NCBI GenBank assembly: GCA_963667665.2
Contig: OY763927.2
Span: 512,001 to 576,000, forward strand
Direction of reading: 5' to 3'
Length of the DNA: 64,000 bases
Source: Nitrosopumilus sp.
GTDB taxonomy: Archaea; Thermoproteota; Nitrososphaeria; Nitrososphaerales; Nitrosopumilaceae
In this document: positions 11,301 to 22,895 of the stretch, piece after piece
Numbering within the stretch: the stretch's first letter is position 1
How the letters are laid out: each line of letters starts with the position of its first letter
Translations under genes and position numbers: made by a program
The notes under the pieces: model-generated
Databases searched by the model: none
Seen by the model: the letters and a program-made list of their open reading frames with translations, nothing else
Told to the model about the DNA's origin: nothing

Positions 11301-14300
11301 TCTCGTCCGTGAACGACATGTTCCGCATGTTCAACGACGCCACCTCCTTCAACCAGCCCCTCAACTCTTGGAACGTCTCGAAGGTGATCAGCATGTTCCG
11401 CATGTTCACCAACGCCGACTCCTTCAACCAACCCCTCAACTCCTGGAACGTCTCGCGCGTGACCAACATGGACGACATGTTCAATTTCGCCACCGCGTTC
11501 TCGCAGAACCTCGGGGAATGGTACGTGACGCTGGATCCGGACACCATAGCAGGCACTGGCATACCAGGTGTGGTCGGGACTATATCAGCACAGAACCAAC
11601 CGCTCAAAAACCACTCCCCGACATACGTAATTGTAGACGGCTTGGACAAGAACCACTTTGAGATAGTCCTTGGAAATCAACTCAACATGACATCCGGCGT
11701 CTCTAGAGAGGCCGAGTACAGCGTTAACGTGACTGCCTCGGGTTCAAACGTCTTTGAGTCCGGTAACAATTGGAGACTGCTGGAGATTAAAGTTACAGGT
11801 CAAATAACTGATACCACACTCCTGGCAGATGCGTTTGCCACCACGTGGAAGACGGCATCGGCAGACCAGAGCATCACCATCAACTTTGTGGGAGACGACA
11901 TGAACATCTCCTGGGGCGACGGCGCAACTGAGACGAACCTCTCGGGATCCCAGACCCACACCTACATAAATGCAGGCAACCACACGGTCTCTGTGACCGG
12001 CGGCCTGACAGGACTCACACTGGACAGGCCTGATTTCTTTGGCTTACCCGGCCTCGTACCCGAGCTTGCCTCGATAGACCAGTGGGGCGGCATATCCTGG
12101 ACCAACATGAGTAACACCTTTGCCGGGGCCACCAACATGACCTACATGGCCACTGACACGCCAGATCTGAGTCTTGTCACCGACATGTCCGACATGTTCC
12201 GGAGCGCCTACGACTTCAACGGCGACCTCTCATCCTGGGACGTCTCCTCTGTCACCGACATGTCCGAAATGTTCTATTACGCCACCTCCTTCAACCAGCC
12301 CCTCAACGCCTGGGATGTCTCCTCTGTCATCGACATGTTCAACATGTTCTCAGGCGCCACCGCCTTCAACCAGCCCCTCAACGACTGGGACGTCTCCTCG
12401 GTCACGGAAATGGACGGCATGTTCGCCATCGCCTCCTCCTTCAACCAGCCCCTCAACGACTGGGATGTCTCGTCTGTCACCGACATGGCCGAAATGTTCT
12501 ATTACGCCACCTCCTTCAACCAAACCATCTCCTCTTGGAACGTCTCGTCCGTGAACAGCATGGATGGCATGTTCGAAGCCACCTCCTTCAACCAGCCCCT
12601 CAACTCATGGGACGTCTCGTCCGTGAACAGCATGGATGGCATGTTCGGAGACGCCACCGCCTTTGACCAACCCCTCAACGCCTGGGATGTCTCGTCTGTC
12701 ACCGACATGTTCGGCATGTTTAGCTTCGCCGACTCCTTCAACCAACCCCTCAACTCCTGGGACGTCTCCTCTGTCACCAACATGGAAGACATGTTCGGAG
12801 ACGCCACCTCCTTCAACCAACCCCTCAACTCCTGGGACGTCTCGCGCGTGACCAACATGAATGACATGTTCTATTTCGCCACCGCCTTTGATCAGAATCT
12901 GGCCAACTGGTACGTGGTGCAGGACCCTCCCGTCCTGACTGCCAACGCGACGTTTTCCATCAGGGCGCAGAACAGTTACCTGGACGGCCTTGTGTCCACA
13001 TACTCTATAGATGACACCAGGTTTGTCATGGACGACAAGACACTCTCACTCAACTCTACAAACCTGCCACCTGCAGGCATGTATCCTCTGGACATAACTG
13101 CTCCTGCCGTACTGGGCGAGCCCAACGCCGGAGAGGAAGGCCACACGCGGACACTCAGCGTCACCGTCAAGGAGGAGCACCTGCCGTTTATCACCACGTG
13201 GAGGACGGAATCGGCAGACCAGAGCATCACCATCAACTTTGTGGGATCCGACATGAACATCTCCTGGGGCGACGGCGCAACTGAGACGAACCTCTCGGGA
13301 TCCCAGACCCACACCTACACAGAGGCAGGCAATCACACGGTCTCTGTGACCGGCGGCCTGACAGGACTCACACTGGACAGGCCTGATTTCTTTGGCAGCC
13401 CCATCGGCCCCGTACCCGAGCTTGCCTCGATAGACCAGTGGGGCGGCATATCCTGGACCAACATGAGTAACACCTTTGCCGGGGCCTCCAACATGATTTA
13501 TAATGCAACTGACACGCCAGATCTGAGTCTTGTCACCGACATGTCCGACATGTTCCAGAGAGCCACCTCCTTTGATGGCGACCTCTCATCCTGGGACGTC
13601 TCCTCTGTCACCGACATGTCCAACATGTTCCAGAGAGCCACCTCCTTTGATGGCGACCTCTCATCCTGGGACGTCTCCTCTGTCACCGACATGCACCGCA
13701 TGTTCGATGGCGCCACCTCCTTCAACGGCGACCTCTCCTCCTGGGACGTCACGAAGGTGACTGACATGTCCTACATGTTCATCTTCGCCACCTCCTTCAA
13801 CGGCAACCTCTCCTCATGGGACGTCTCGGCAGTGACTGACATGTCCAGCATGTTCGATGGCGCCACCTCCTTTGACCAACCCCTCAACGCCTGGGGTGTA
13901 TCCTCTGTCACCGCCATGTCCTACATGTTCTCAGGCGCCACCTCCTTTGACCGGCCCCTCAACGCCTGGGGTGTATCCTCTGTCACCGACATGTCCGGCA
14001 TGTTCTCAGGCGCCACCTCCTTTGACCGGCCCCTCAACACCTGGGACGTCTCCTCGGTCACCGACATGTCCGGCATGTTCAGCGCCGCCTCCTCCTTCAA
14101 CCAGCCCCTCAACACCTGGGACGTCTCCTCGACAACTGACATGACCCGCATGTTCTCAGGCGCCACCTCCTTTGACCGGCCCCTTGATGACTGGAACGTC
14201 TCCTCGACAACTGACATGACCCGCATGTTCTCAGGCGCCACCTCCTTTGACCAACCCCTCAACTCCTGGGATGTCTCCTCTGTCGACAACATGTCCTACA

Positions 14301-15532
14301 TGTTCTATTACGCCACCTCCTTTGACCGGCCCCTCAACACCTGGGACGTCTCGTCCGTGACCACCATGTTCCGCATGTTCACCCACGCCGACTCCTTCAA
14401 CCAGCCCCTCAACGACTGGGATGTCTCCTCTGTCACCAGCATGGCCGACATGTTTAGCTTCGCCACCTTCTTTGATCAGAACCTCGGGGAATGGTACGTG
14501 ACGCTGGATCCGGACACCATAGCAGACACTGGCATACCAGGTGTGGTCGGGACTATATCGGCACAGAACCAACCGCTCAAAAACCACTCCCCGACATACG
14601 TAATTGTAGACGGCTTGGACAAGAACCACTTTGAGATAGCCCCTGGAAATCAACTCAACATGACATCCGGCGTCTCTGGAAAGGCCGAGTACAGCGTCAA
14701 CGTGGCTGCCTCGGGTTCAAACGTCTTTGAGGACGGTAACAACTGGCGCGTCTTGGTAGTCAAGGTGTCCGGCGACATCAACGCTCCCCCAGTGCTGAAT
14801 ACCATCGATGACCAGACTGTGAACGAATTTGTAGAGCTCACCTTTACTGCCACTGCATCTGACGATGACTCTTTGACATTCTCATTTGATGGAACATTCC
14901 CATCAGGTGCTGCCATCACAGATGATGGTAATTTCACGTGGACTCCGACTGAGTTGCAGGACGGAGACCACACCATAACGGTTCAGGTGACAGACGGCAG
15001 CCTGACAGATTCTGAGACGTTGACGGTGACTGTAAACGAGGTCAACGTGGCTCCGGTGCTGAATGCCATCGGTGACAAGGGCACAAGCGAACTTGTAGAG
15101 CTCACCTTTACTGCCACAGCCTCAGATACCGATGTGGTGGACAATGTCGTTAACACTTTGACATTCTCATTTGATGGAACATTCCCATCAGGTGCTGCCA
15201 TCACAGATGATGGTAATTTCACGTGGACTCCGACTGAGTCGCAGGTGGGATCCCATGACATAACGGTTCAGGTGACAGACGGCAGCCTGACAGATTCTGA
15301 GACGTTGACGGTGACGGTGCGTGATGTTAATGTGGCTCCGGTGCTAAATACCATCGATGACCAGACTGTGAACGAATTTGTAGAGCTCACCTTTACTGCC
15401 ACTGCATCTGACGATGACTCTTTGACATTCTCATTTGATGGAACATTCCCATCAGGTGCTGCCATCACAGACTTGCAGGACCGGATGGTAATTTCACGTG
15501 ACTCCGACTGCAGGACGGAGACCACACCATAA
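5351..15532 (+). CDS. Giant surface protein, N-terminal part: signal peptide, beta-propeller repeats, six PKD + DUF285 (BspA-like) blocks, cadherin/Ig-like repeats
   Basis: MKIFLLVAVFAVSLMVIG; repeated PxGMAFSNDGAKMFVVG...EYTLSTPFDVSTA; dozens of 25-aa FNQPLNSWDVSSVTDMxxMF units; DWGDG motifs; GNFTWTPTE units. Confidence 0.9.
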   Translation: MKIFLLVAVFAVSLMVIGVGDAEVQHTVKPGQIVASDPAPYHLTGNTWSIPDLSASQSGYAFAQTPDSTPPTFVSSELDTATRVLTITFSETIDATNVDAAKIHIRESGTYTGGITLTANELVTTTNASTISFTLTMPHLETVKGLTTPELTVEPGAVRDTSGNLIVGTFDVSTASYAGNGERFSVSGQENSPQGMAFSNDGAKMFVVGWFGEDISEYTLSTPFDVSTASYAGNGERFSVSEQDPAPRGMAFSNDGAKMFIVGDHGNDISEYTLSTPFDVSTATFANVVFSVSGQDETPTGMAFSNDGTKMFVVGWDADNINEYTLSTPFDVSTATFDDVVFSVSMQETTPTGMAFSNDGAKMFVVGTVGDDINEYTLSTPFDVSTASYAGNGERFSVSGQERTPTGMAFSNNGAKMFVIGTVGDDINEYTLSSVYPITVTSPPAGAFVTTWRTTTADKSITLPISGSGMTVDWGDGNTTASGSVNHIYNTAGDYTIQVTGGLERFHLNNAADASKLVSLDQWGNTTWTTMENAFYGADNMVYMATDTPDLSEVTNMREMFNEASNFNGNLSTWNVSKVTDMSYMFADATSFNGTLSGWDVSSVTVIYNMFEGATSFNQDISGWNVSGVTDMDDMFKGATSFNGTLSGWDVSGVTDMDEMFKGATSFNGTLSGWDVSSVTVIYSMFEGATSFNQDISGWDVSSVTVIHSMFEGATSFNQDISGWDVSGVTDMYDMFKGATSFNQDISGWDVSSANSMESMFFGASSFNQNLGNWFIVLDSNTFAADVDMLHISTQNDYLDQAKPSYTIGDTQFVIDLDPVITLNSSATVPDGSYQVTITVDMLDFGPATHSLNTEIHVQVNTPPTAFVTTWRTTATDKSITLPISGSDMTVYWGDGNTATGVSAPVDHTYNTAGDYTIQVTGGLERFHLNNDADASKLVSLDQWGNTTWTTMENAFYGANNMVYNAADSPDLSTVTDMSGMFGDASSFNGNISGWDVSKVTDMSDMFIFAYDFNQPLNSWNVSSVKNMGWMFNSATSFNQTLNSWDVSSVDNMVRMFRGADSFNQPLNNWDVSKVTSMVSMFFGTSSFNQNLGNWYVTLDPDTIAGTGIPGVVGTISAQNQPLKNHSPTYVIVDGLDKNHFEIATGNQLNMTSGVSGKAEYSVNVTASGGSVFESGNNWRLLEIKVTDQTTDTTLLADAFVTTWKTASADQSITINFVGDDMNISWGDGATETNLSGSQTHTYTEAGNHTVSVTGGLTGLTLDRPDSSGLPGPVPELASIDQWGGISWTNMSNAFTGASNMTYMATDTPDLSLVTDMSDMFRSAYDFNGDLSSWDVSSVTDMSRMFRGATSFNGDLSSWDVSSVTDMSSMFRGATSFNGDLSSWDVSKVTSMATMFFGTSSFNQPLNAWDVSSVTAMDDMFGNATVFDQPLNAWDVSSVTDMTFMFLGASSFNQPLNNWDVSSVTDMRSMFAGASSFNQPLNSWNVSSVTTMFRMFAGASSFNQTLGNWYVVQDPPVLTANATFSIRAQNSYLDGLVSTYSIDDTRFVMDDKTLSLNSTNLPPAGMYPLDITAPAVLGEPNADTHTRTITITVSDPPAMPFITTWRTDSANQTITIPVGGSTARYSIDWGDNSPAETDITGNSTHTYREADSYTVSISGGLERIYLNGQQPNAGRLASIEQWGDTRWTTMDRAFDGATNMVYRATDTPDLSGVTDMDSMFFETHSFNGDLSSWDVSKVTDMSDMFIFATSFNGNLSSWDVSAVTDMSSMFDGATSFDQPLNAWDVSSVTAMSYMFAGATSFNQPLNAWNVSSVTDMFGMFSAASSFNQTLNSWDVSSVTDMTGMFRGASSFNGNISGWDVSSVTNMNGMFRSATSFNQPLNSWNVSSVNSMNGMFETTYFNQTLNSWDVSSVNDMFRMFNEAFSFNQPLNSWNVSSVKNMGWMFNDATSFNQPLNSWDVSSVTDMARMFNSATSFNQPLNSWDVSSVNDMFRMFNDATSFNQPLNSWNVSKVISMFRMFTNADSFNQPLNSWNVSRVTNMDDMFNFATAFSQNLGEWYVTLDPDTIAGTGIPGVVGTISAQNQPLKNHSPTYVIVDGLDKNHFEIVLGNQLNMTSGVSREAEYSVNVTASGSNVFESGNNWRLLEIKVTGQITDTTLLADAFATTWKTASADQSITINFVGDDMNISWGDGATETNLSGSQTHTYINAGNHTVSVTGGLTGLTLDRPDFFGLPGLVPELASIDQWGGISWTNMSNTFAGATNMTYMATDTPDLSLVTDMSDMFRSAYDFNGDLSSWDVSSVTDMSEMFYYATSFNQPLNAWDVSSVIDMFNMFSGATAFNQPLNDWDVSSVTEMDGMFAIASSFNQPLNDWDVSSVTDMAEMFYYATSFNQTISSWNVSSVNSMDGMFEATSFNQPLNSWDVSSVNSMDGMFGDATAFDQPLNAWDVSSVTDMFGMFSFADSFNQPLNSWDVSSVTNMEDMFGDATSFNQPLNSWDVSRVTNMNDMFYFATAFDQNLANWYVVQDPPVLTANATFSIRAQNSYLDGLVSTYSIDDTRFVMDDKTLSLNSTNLPPAGMYPLDITAPAVLGEPNAGEEGHTRTLSVTVKEEHLPFITTWRTESADQSITINFVGSDMNISWGDGATETNLSGSQTHTYTEAGNHTVSVTGGLTGLTLDRPDFFGSPIGPVPELASIDQWGGISWTNMSNTFAGASNMIYNATDTPDLSLVTDMSDMFQRATSFDGDLSSWDVSSVTDMSNMFQRATSFDGDLSSWDVSSVTDMHRMFDGATSFNGDLSSWDVTKVTDMSYMFIFATSFNGNLSSWDVSAVTDMSSMFDGATSFDQPLNAWGVSSVTAMSYMFSGATSFDRPLNAWGVSSVTDMSGMFSGATSFDRPLNTWDVSSVTDMSGMFSAASSFNQPLNTWDVSSTTDMTRMFSGATSFDRPLDDWNVSSTTDMTRMFSGATSFDQPLNSWDVSSVDNMSYMFYYATSFDRPLNTWDVSSVTTMFRMFTHADSFNQPLNDWDVSSVTSMADMFSFATFFDQNLGEWYVTLDPDTIADTGIPGVVGTISAQNQPLKNHSPTYVIVDGLDKNHFEIAPGNQLNMTSGVSGKAEYSVNVAASGSNVFEDGNNWRVLVVKVSGDINAPPVLNTIDDQTVNEFVELTFTATASDDDSLTFSFDGTFPSGAAITDDGNFTWTPTELQDGDHTITVQVTDGSLTDSETLTVTVNEVNVAPVLNAIGDKGTSELVELTFTATASDTDVVDNVVNTLTFSFDGTFPSGAAITDDGNFTWTPTESQVGSHDITVQVTDGSLTDSETLTVTVRDVNVAPVLNTIDDQTVNEFVELTFTATASDDDSLTFSFDGTFPSGAAITDLQDRMVISRDSDCRTETTP

Positions 15533-15540
15533 CGGTTCAG

Positions 15541-18268
15541 GTGACAGACGGCAGCCTGACAGATTCTGAGACGTTGACGGTGACTGTAAACGAGGTCAAC
15601 GTGGCTCCGGTGCTGAATGCCATCGGTGACAAGGGCACAAGCGAACTTGTAGAGCTCACCTTTACTGCCACAGCCTCAGATACCGATGTGGTGGACAATG
15701 TCGTTAACACTTTGACATTCTCATTTGATGGAACATTCCCATCAGGTGCTGCCATCACAGATGATGGTAATTTCACGTGGACTCCGACTGAGTTGCAGAC
15801 GGAGACCACACCATAACGGTTCAGGTGACAGACGGCAGCCTGACAGATTCTGAGGTTGACGGTGTAAACGAGGTCAACGTGGCTCCGGTGCTGAATGCCA
15901 TCGGTGACAAGGGCACAAGCGAACTTGTAGAGCTCACCTTTACTGCCACAGCCTCAGATACCGATGTGGTGGACAATGTCACACTTTGACATTCTCATTT
16001 GATGGAACATTCCCATCAGGTGCTGCCATCACAGATGATAATTTCACGGATGACAGAGCCTGACAGATTCTGAGACTGTTGACGGTGACTGTAAACGAGG
16101 TCAATGTGGCTCCGGTGCTCATACCATCGATGATCTGAACGAATTTGTGCTCACCTTTACTGCCACGATGACTCTTTGACATTCTCATTTGATGGAACAT
16201 TCCCATCAGGTGCTGCCATCACAGATGATGGTAATTTCACGTGGACTCCGACTGAGTTGCAGGACGGAGACCACACCATAACGGTTCAGGTGACAGACGG
16301 CAGCCTGACAGATTCTGAGACGTTGACGGTGACTGTAAACGAGGTCAACGTGGCTCCGGTGCTGAATGCCATCGGTGACAAGGACACAAGCGAACTTGTA
16401 GAGCTCACCTTTACTGCCACAGCCTCAGATACCGATGTGGTGGACAATGTCGTTAACACTTTGACATTCTCATTTGATGGAACATTCCCATCAGGTGCTG
16501 CCATCACAGATGATGGTAATTTCACGTGGACTCCGACTGAGTTGCAGGACGGAGACCACACCATAACGGTTCAGGTGACGGAGACGGTGACTGTAAACGA
16601 GGTCAACGTGGCTCCGGTGACAAGGGCACAAGCGAACACGGTCACAACCAGCCTGACAGATTCAGGTGAGAGCCTGACAGATTGACGGTGACTGTAAACG
16701 AGGTCAATGTGGCTCCGGTGCTAAATACCATCGATGATCAGACTGTGAACGAATTTGTAGAGCTCACCTTTACTGCCACTGCATCTGACGATGACTCTTT
16801 GACATTCTCATTTGATGGAACATTCCCATCAGGTGCTGCCATCACAGATGATGGTAATTTCACGTGGACCCCGACTGAGTCGCAGGACGGAGACCACACC
16901 ATAACGGTTCAGGTGACAGACGGCAGCCTGACAGATTCTGAGACGTTGACGGTGACTGTAAACGAGGTCAACGTGGCTCCGGTGCTGAATGCCATCGGTG
17001 ACAAGGGCACAAGCGAACTTGTAGAGCTCACCTTTACTGCCACAGCCTCAGATACCATCGGTGACGTTAACACTTTGACATTCTCATTTGATGGAACATT
17101 CCCATCAGGTGCTGCCATCACAGATGATGGTAATTTCACGTGGACTCCGACTGAGTCGCAGGACGGAGACCACACCATAACGGTTCAGGTGACAGATACC
17201 GATGTGGTGAGACGTTGACGGTGACTGTAAACGAGGTCAATGTGGCTCCGGTGTCGGTGACAAGGGCACAAGCGAACTTGTAGAGCTCACCTTTACTGCC
17301 ACAGCCATCTGATGTGGTGACAATGTTTGACATTCTCATTTGATGGAACATTCCCATCAGGTGCTGCCATCACAGATGATGGTAATTTCACGTGGACTCC
17401 GACTGAGTCGCAGGACGGAGACCACACCATAACGGTTCAGGTGACAGACGGACAGATTCTGAGACGTTGACGGTGACGGTGCGTGATGTTAATGTGGCTC
17501 CGGTGCTAAATACCATCGATGATCAGACTGTGAACGAATTTGTAGAGCTCACCTTTACTGCCACTGCATCTGACGATGACTCTTTGACATTCTCATTTGA
17601 TGGAACATTCCCATCAGGTGCTGCCATCACAGATGATGGTAATTTCACGTGGACCCCGACTGAGTCGCAGGCCATCAGGTGACAGACGGCAGCCTGACAG
17701 ATTCAGACGTTGACACTGACGAGCCTGACCAGATTCTGAGACGTTGACGGTGACTGTAAACGAGGTCAACGTGGCTCCGGTGCTGAATGCCATCGGTGAC
17801 AAGGGCACAAGCGAACTTGTAGAGCTCACCTTTACTGCCACAGCCTCAGATACCGATGTGGTGGACAATGTCGTTAACACTTTGACATTCTCATTTGATG
17901 GAACATTCCCATCAGGTGCTGCCATCACGTCTGCAGGTGTATTCACGTGGACCCCGACTGAGTCGCAGGACGGAGACCACACCATAACGGTTCAGGTGAC
18001 AGACGGCAGCCTGACAGATTCTGAGACGTTGACGGTGACGGTGAAAGATACCACAGCACCTGTCACCACACTCCCGGCAGATGCGTTTATCACCACATGG
18101 AGGACCGACTCTGCCAACCAGACGATCACCATCCCTGTGGGCGGCTCTACTGCCAGATACAGCATAGACTGGGGCGATAACAGCCCCGCCGAGACGGACA
18201 TCACTGGTGACAGTACACACACCTATCGTGAGGCTCAGCTACACCGTCTCCATATCAGGCGGCCTTGA
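15541..18268 (+). pseudogene. Fragmented cadherin/Ig-like repeat array of the giant gene
   Basis: ORFs 15541-15816, 16176-16685, 16682-17218, 17467-17682 and 17744-18268 all encode NVAPVLN...LTFTATASD...GNFTWTPT units, separated by garbled patches. Confidence 0.75.
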
Positions 18269-20048
18269 GAGGATTTACCTTGACGGTCAGCAACCCAACG
18301 CAGGCAGGCTGGCATCAATCGAGCAGTGGGGCGACACGAGATGGACCACCATGGATGCTGCGTTTTACGGGGCCCGCAACATGGTCTACAACGCAGCCGA
18401 CTCTCCAGACCTCTCCACAGTCACCGACATGTCCGGCATGTTCGGTGACGCCATCGCCTTCAACGGCGACCTCTCCTCCTGGGACGTCTCGAAGGTGACT
18501 GACATGTCCGACATGTTCATCTTCGCCTACGACTTCAACGGCAACCTCTCATCCTGGGACGTCTCCTCTGTCACCAACATGAACGAGATGTTCGCAGTCG
18601 CCACCTCCTTCAACGGCGACCTCTCCTCCTGGAACGTCTCGAAGGTGACTGACATGTCCGACATGTTCATCTTCGCCACCTCCTTTAACGGCAACCTCTC
18701 CTCATGGGACGTCTCGGCAGTGACTGACATGTCCAGCATGTTCGATGGCACCACCGCCTTCAACGGCGACCTCTCCTCCTGGGACGTCTCGTCCGTCACC
18801 GACATGAACAACATGTTCTATTACGACACCTCCTTCAACCAGCCCCTCAACGACTGGGACGTCTCCTCGGTCACGGAAATGGACGGCATGTTCTTCCATA
18901 CCCCCTCCTTCACCCAGAACCTCGGGAACTGGTACGTGACGCTGGATCCGGACACCATAGCAGACACTGGCATACCAGGTGTGGTCGGGACTATATCGGC
19001 ACAGAACCAACCGCTCAAAAACCACTCCCCGACATACGTAATTGTAGACGGCTTGGACAAGAACCACTTTGAGATAGTCCCTGGAAATCAACTCAACATG
19101 ATATCCGGCGTCTCTGGAAAGGCCGAGTACAGCGTCAACGTGACTGCCTCGGGTTCAAACGTCTTTGAGGACGGTAACAACTGGCGCGTCTTGGTAGTCA
19201 AGGTGTCCGGCGACATCAACGCTCCCCCAGTGCTGAATATCATCGATGACCAGACTGTGAACGAATTTGTAGAGCTCACCTTTACTGCCACTGCATCTGA
19301 CGATGACTCTTTGACATTCTCATTTGATGGAACATTCCCATCAGGTGCTGCCATCACAGATGATGGTAATTTCACGTGGACTCCGACTGAGTTGCAGGAC
19401 GGAGACCACACCATAACGGTTCAGGTGACAGACGGCAGCCTGACAGATTCTGAGACGTTGACGGTGACTGTAAACGAGGTCAACGTGGCTCCGGTGCTGA
19501 ATGCCATCGGTGACAAGGGCACAAGCGAACTTGTAGAGCTCACCTTTACTGCCACAGCCTCAGATACCGATGTGGTGGACAATGTCGTTAACACTTTGAC
19601 ATTCTCATTTGATGGAACATTCCCACTAGGTGCTGCCATCACAGATGATGGTAATTTCACGTGGACTCCGACTGAGTCGCAGGACGGAGACCACACCATA
19701 ACGGTTCAGGTGACAGACGGCAGCCTGACAGATTCTGAGACGTTGACGGTGACTGTAAACGAGGTCAATGTGGCTCCGGTGCTAAATACCATCGATGACC
19801 AGACTGTGAACGAATTTGTAGAGCTCACCTTTACTGCCACTGCATCTGACGATGACTCTTTGACATTCTCATTTGATGGAACATTCCCATCAGGTGCTGC
19901 CATCACAGATGATGGTAATTTCACGTGGACTCCGACTGAGTCGCAGGACGGAGACCACACCATAACGGTTCAGGTGACAGACGGCAGCCTGACAGATTCT
20001 GAGACGTTGACGGTGACTGTAAACGAGGCACGTGGCTCATCGGGCTGA
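18207..20048 (+). CDS. Giant surface protein fragment (DUF285 block plus Ig repeats)
   Basis: 613 aa ORF with the same modules. Confidence 0.75.
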   Translation: MTVHTPIVRLSYTVSISGGLERIYLDGQQPNAGRLASIEQWGDTRWTTMDAAFYGARNMVYNAADSPDLSTVTDMSGMFGDAIAFNGDLSSWDVSKVTDMSDMFIFAYDFNGNLSSWDVSSVTNMNEMFAVATSFNGDLSSWNVSKVTDMSDMFIFATSFNGNLSSWDVSAVTDMSSMFDGTTAFNGDLSSWDVSSVTDMNNMFYYDTSFNQPLNDWDVSSVTEMDGMFFHTPSFTQNLGNWYVTLDPDTIADTGIPGVVGTISAQNQPLKNHSPTYVIVDGLDKNHFEIVPGNQLNMISGVSGKAEYSVNVTASGSNVFEDGNNWRVLVVKVSGDINAPPVLNIIDDQTVNEFVELTFTATASDDDSLTFSFDGTFPSGAAITDDGNFTWTPTELQDGDHTITVQVTDGSLTDSETLTVTVNEVNVAPVLNAIGDKGTSELVELTFTATASDTDVVDNVVNTLTFSFDGTFPLGAAITDDGNFTWTPTESQDGDHTITVQVTDGSLTDSETLTVTVNEVNVAPVLNTIDDQTVNEFVELTFTATASDDDSLTFSFDGTFPSGAAITDDGNFTWTPTESQDGDHTITVQVTDGSLTDSETLTVTVNEARGSSG

Positions 20049-20701
20049 ATGCCATCGGTGACAAGGGCACAAGCGAACTTGTAGAGCTGATGCCACAAAT
20101 TCAGCACAGACTGATGGTCAGCACCAACGAGGCACTTTGCGTGAATTGATCAGGTGGCCATGACCCGACTGAGTCGCAGGACGGAGACCACGACGGTTCA
20201 GGTGACAGACGGCTCCGGTGCCTGAATTCTGAGGCACGTTGACGGTGACTGTCAGGTGCTGCCAGGCTCACAGTGCTGAACTGTAATTTGTAGAGCTCAC
20301 CTTTACCACTGCAGTGACTCTTTGACATTCTCATCACCATCAGGTGCTGCCATCACAGATGTGGTAATTTCAGGTCGCAGGACGGAGATGTTCACACCAT
20401 AACGGTTCAGGTGACAGACGGCAGCCTGACAGATTCTGAGACGTTGACGGTGACTGTAAACGAGGTCAATGTTTGCTGAACCTCCTTCCGGGCACCTCTC
20501 CTTGTAGAGCTCACCATGACTGACATGACTGTTCATTCTCATTTGATGGAACATTCCCAGCCCTCACCTGGTAATTTCACGTGCCACTGAGTCGCATCTG
20601 ACGGAGATGATCTTCAGACGGCCCCTCGGTGACTGATGGGACGTCTTCGTCCAATGAGTGGCCGGTGCTACCATACCAGGTGATGACCAGACTGTGAACG
20701 A

Positions 20702-22895
20702 ATGATCCACGTGCATCTGGTCTTTGACATTCTCATTGATGGAACATTCCCATCAGGTGCTGGCATCACAGGTGATGGTAATTTCACGTGGACTCCGACT
20801 GAGTCGCAGGACGGAGACCACACCATAACGGTTCAGGTGACAGACGGCAGCCTGACAGATTCTGAGACGTTGACGGTGACTGTAAACGAGGTCAACGTGG
20901 CTCCGGTGCTGAATGCCATCGGTGACAAGGGCACAAGCGAACTTGTAGAGCTCACCTTTACTGCCACAGCCTGACAGATACCGATGTGGTGGACACACTT
21001 TGGTGTGTCGTTAACACTTTGACATTCTCATTTGATGGAACATTCCCATCAGGTGCTGCCATCACAGATGATGGTAATTTCACGTGGACTCCGACTGAGT
21101 CGCAGGACGGAGACCACACCATAACGGTTCAGGTGACAGACGGCAGCCTGACAGATTCTGAGACGTTGACGGTGACGGTGAAAGATACCACAGCACCTGT
21201 CACCACACTCCCGGCAGATGCGTTTATCACCACATGGAGGACCGACTCTGCCAACCAGACGATCACCATCCCTGTGGGCGGCTCTACTGCCAGATACAGC
21301 ATAGACTGGGGCGATAACAGCCCCGCCGAGACGGACATCACTGGTGACAGTACACACACCTATCGTGAGGCGGACAGCTACACCGTCTCCATATCAGGCG
21401 GCCTTGAGAGGATTTACCTTGACGGTCAGCAACCCAACGCAGGCAGGCTGGCATCAATCGAGCAGTGGGGCGACACGAGATGGACCACCATGGATGCTGC
21501 GTTTTACGGGGCCCGCAACATGGTCTACAACGCAGCCGACTCTCCAGACCTCTCCACAGTCACCGACATGTCCGGCATGTTCGGTGACGCCATCGCCTTC
21601 AACGGCGACCTCTCCTCCTGGGACGTCTCGAAGGTGACTGACATGTCTGACATGTTCATCTTCGCCTACGACTTCAACGGCAACCTCTCATCCTGGGACG
21701 TCTCCTCTGTCACCAACATGAACGAGATGTTCGCAGTCGCCACCTCCTTCAACGGCGACCTCTCCTCCTGGGACGTCTCGAAGGTGACTGACATGTCCGA
21801 CATGTTCATCTTCGCCACCTCCTTTAACGGGACCTCTCCTCATGGGACGTCTCGGCAGTGACTGACATGTCCAGCATGTTCGATGGCACCACCGCCTTCA
21901 ACGGCGACCTCTCCTCCTGGGACGTCTCGTCCGTCACCGACATGAACAACATGTTCTATTACGACACCTCCTTCAACCAGCCCCTCAACGACTGGGACGT
22001 CTCCTCGGTCACGGAAATGGACGGCATGTTCTTCCATACCCCCTCCTTCACCCAGAACCTCGGGAACTGGTACGTGACGCTGGATCCGGACACCATAGCA
22101 GACACGCATACCAGGTGTGGTCGGGACTATATCGGCACAGAACCAACCGCTCAAAAACCACTCCCCGACATACGTAATTGTAGACGGCTTGGACAAGAAC
22201 CACTTTGAGATAGTCCCTGGAAATCAACTCAACATGATATCCGGCGTCTCTGGAAAGGCCGAGTACAGCGTCAACGTGACTGCCTCGGGTTCAAACGTCT
22301 TTGAGGACGGTAACAACTGGCGCGTCACAAGGTGTCCGGCGACATCAACGCTCCCCCAGTGCTGAATATCATCGATGACCAGACTGTGAACGAATTTGTA
22401 GAGCTCACCTTTACTGCCACTGCATCTGACGATGACTCTTTGACATTCTCATTTGATGGAACATTCCCATCAGGTGCTGCCATCACAGATGATGGTAATT
22501 TCACGTGGACCCCGACTGAGTTGCAGGACGGAGACCACACCATAACGGTTCAGGTGACAGACGGCAGCCTGACAGATTCTGAGACGTTGACGGTGACTGT
22601 AAACGAGGTCAACGTGGCTCCGGTGCTGAATGCCATCGGTGACAAGGGCACAAGCGAACTTGTAGAGCTCACCTTTACTGCCACAGCCTCAGATACCGAT
22701 GTGGTGGACAATGTCGTTAACACTTTGACATTCTCATTTGATGGAACATTCCCATCAGGTGCTGCCATCACAGATGATGGTAATTTCACGTGGACTCCGA
22801 CTGAGTCGCAGGACGGAGACCACACCATAACGGTTCAGGTGACAGACGGCAGCCTGACAGATTCTGAGACGTTGACGGTGACGGTGCTCCGGTGA
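20702..22895 (+). pseudogene. Giant surface protein fragments, near-identical copy of the 18.0-19.7 kb block with small indels
   Basis: ORFs 20702-20974, 20986-21861, 21858-22208, 22117-22365 and 22332-22895 reconstruct the same block. Confidence 0.7.

Noticed and set aside
12303-12313. TCAACGCCTG in the DUF285 repeats as a target of the C/D RNA D' guide
   Set aside because: Only 10 of 13 nt match in highly repetitive coding DNA; plausible by chance.
7000-14500. 75-bp periodic repeats as a CRISPR array or diversity-generating retroelement target
   Set aside because: The repeats are in-frame coding units without unique spacers; no cas or reverse transcriptase gene, and no adenine-specific template/variable pair, is visible.
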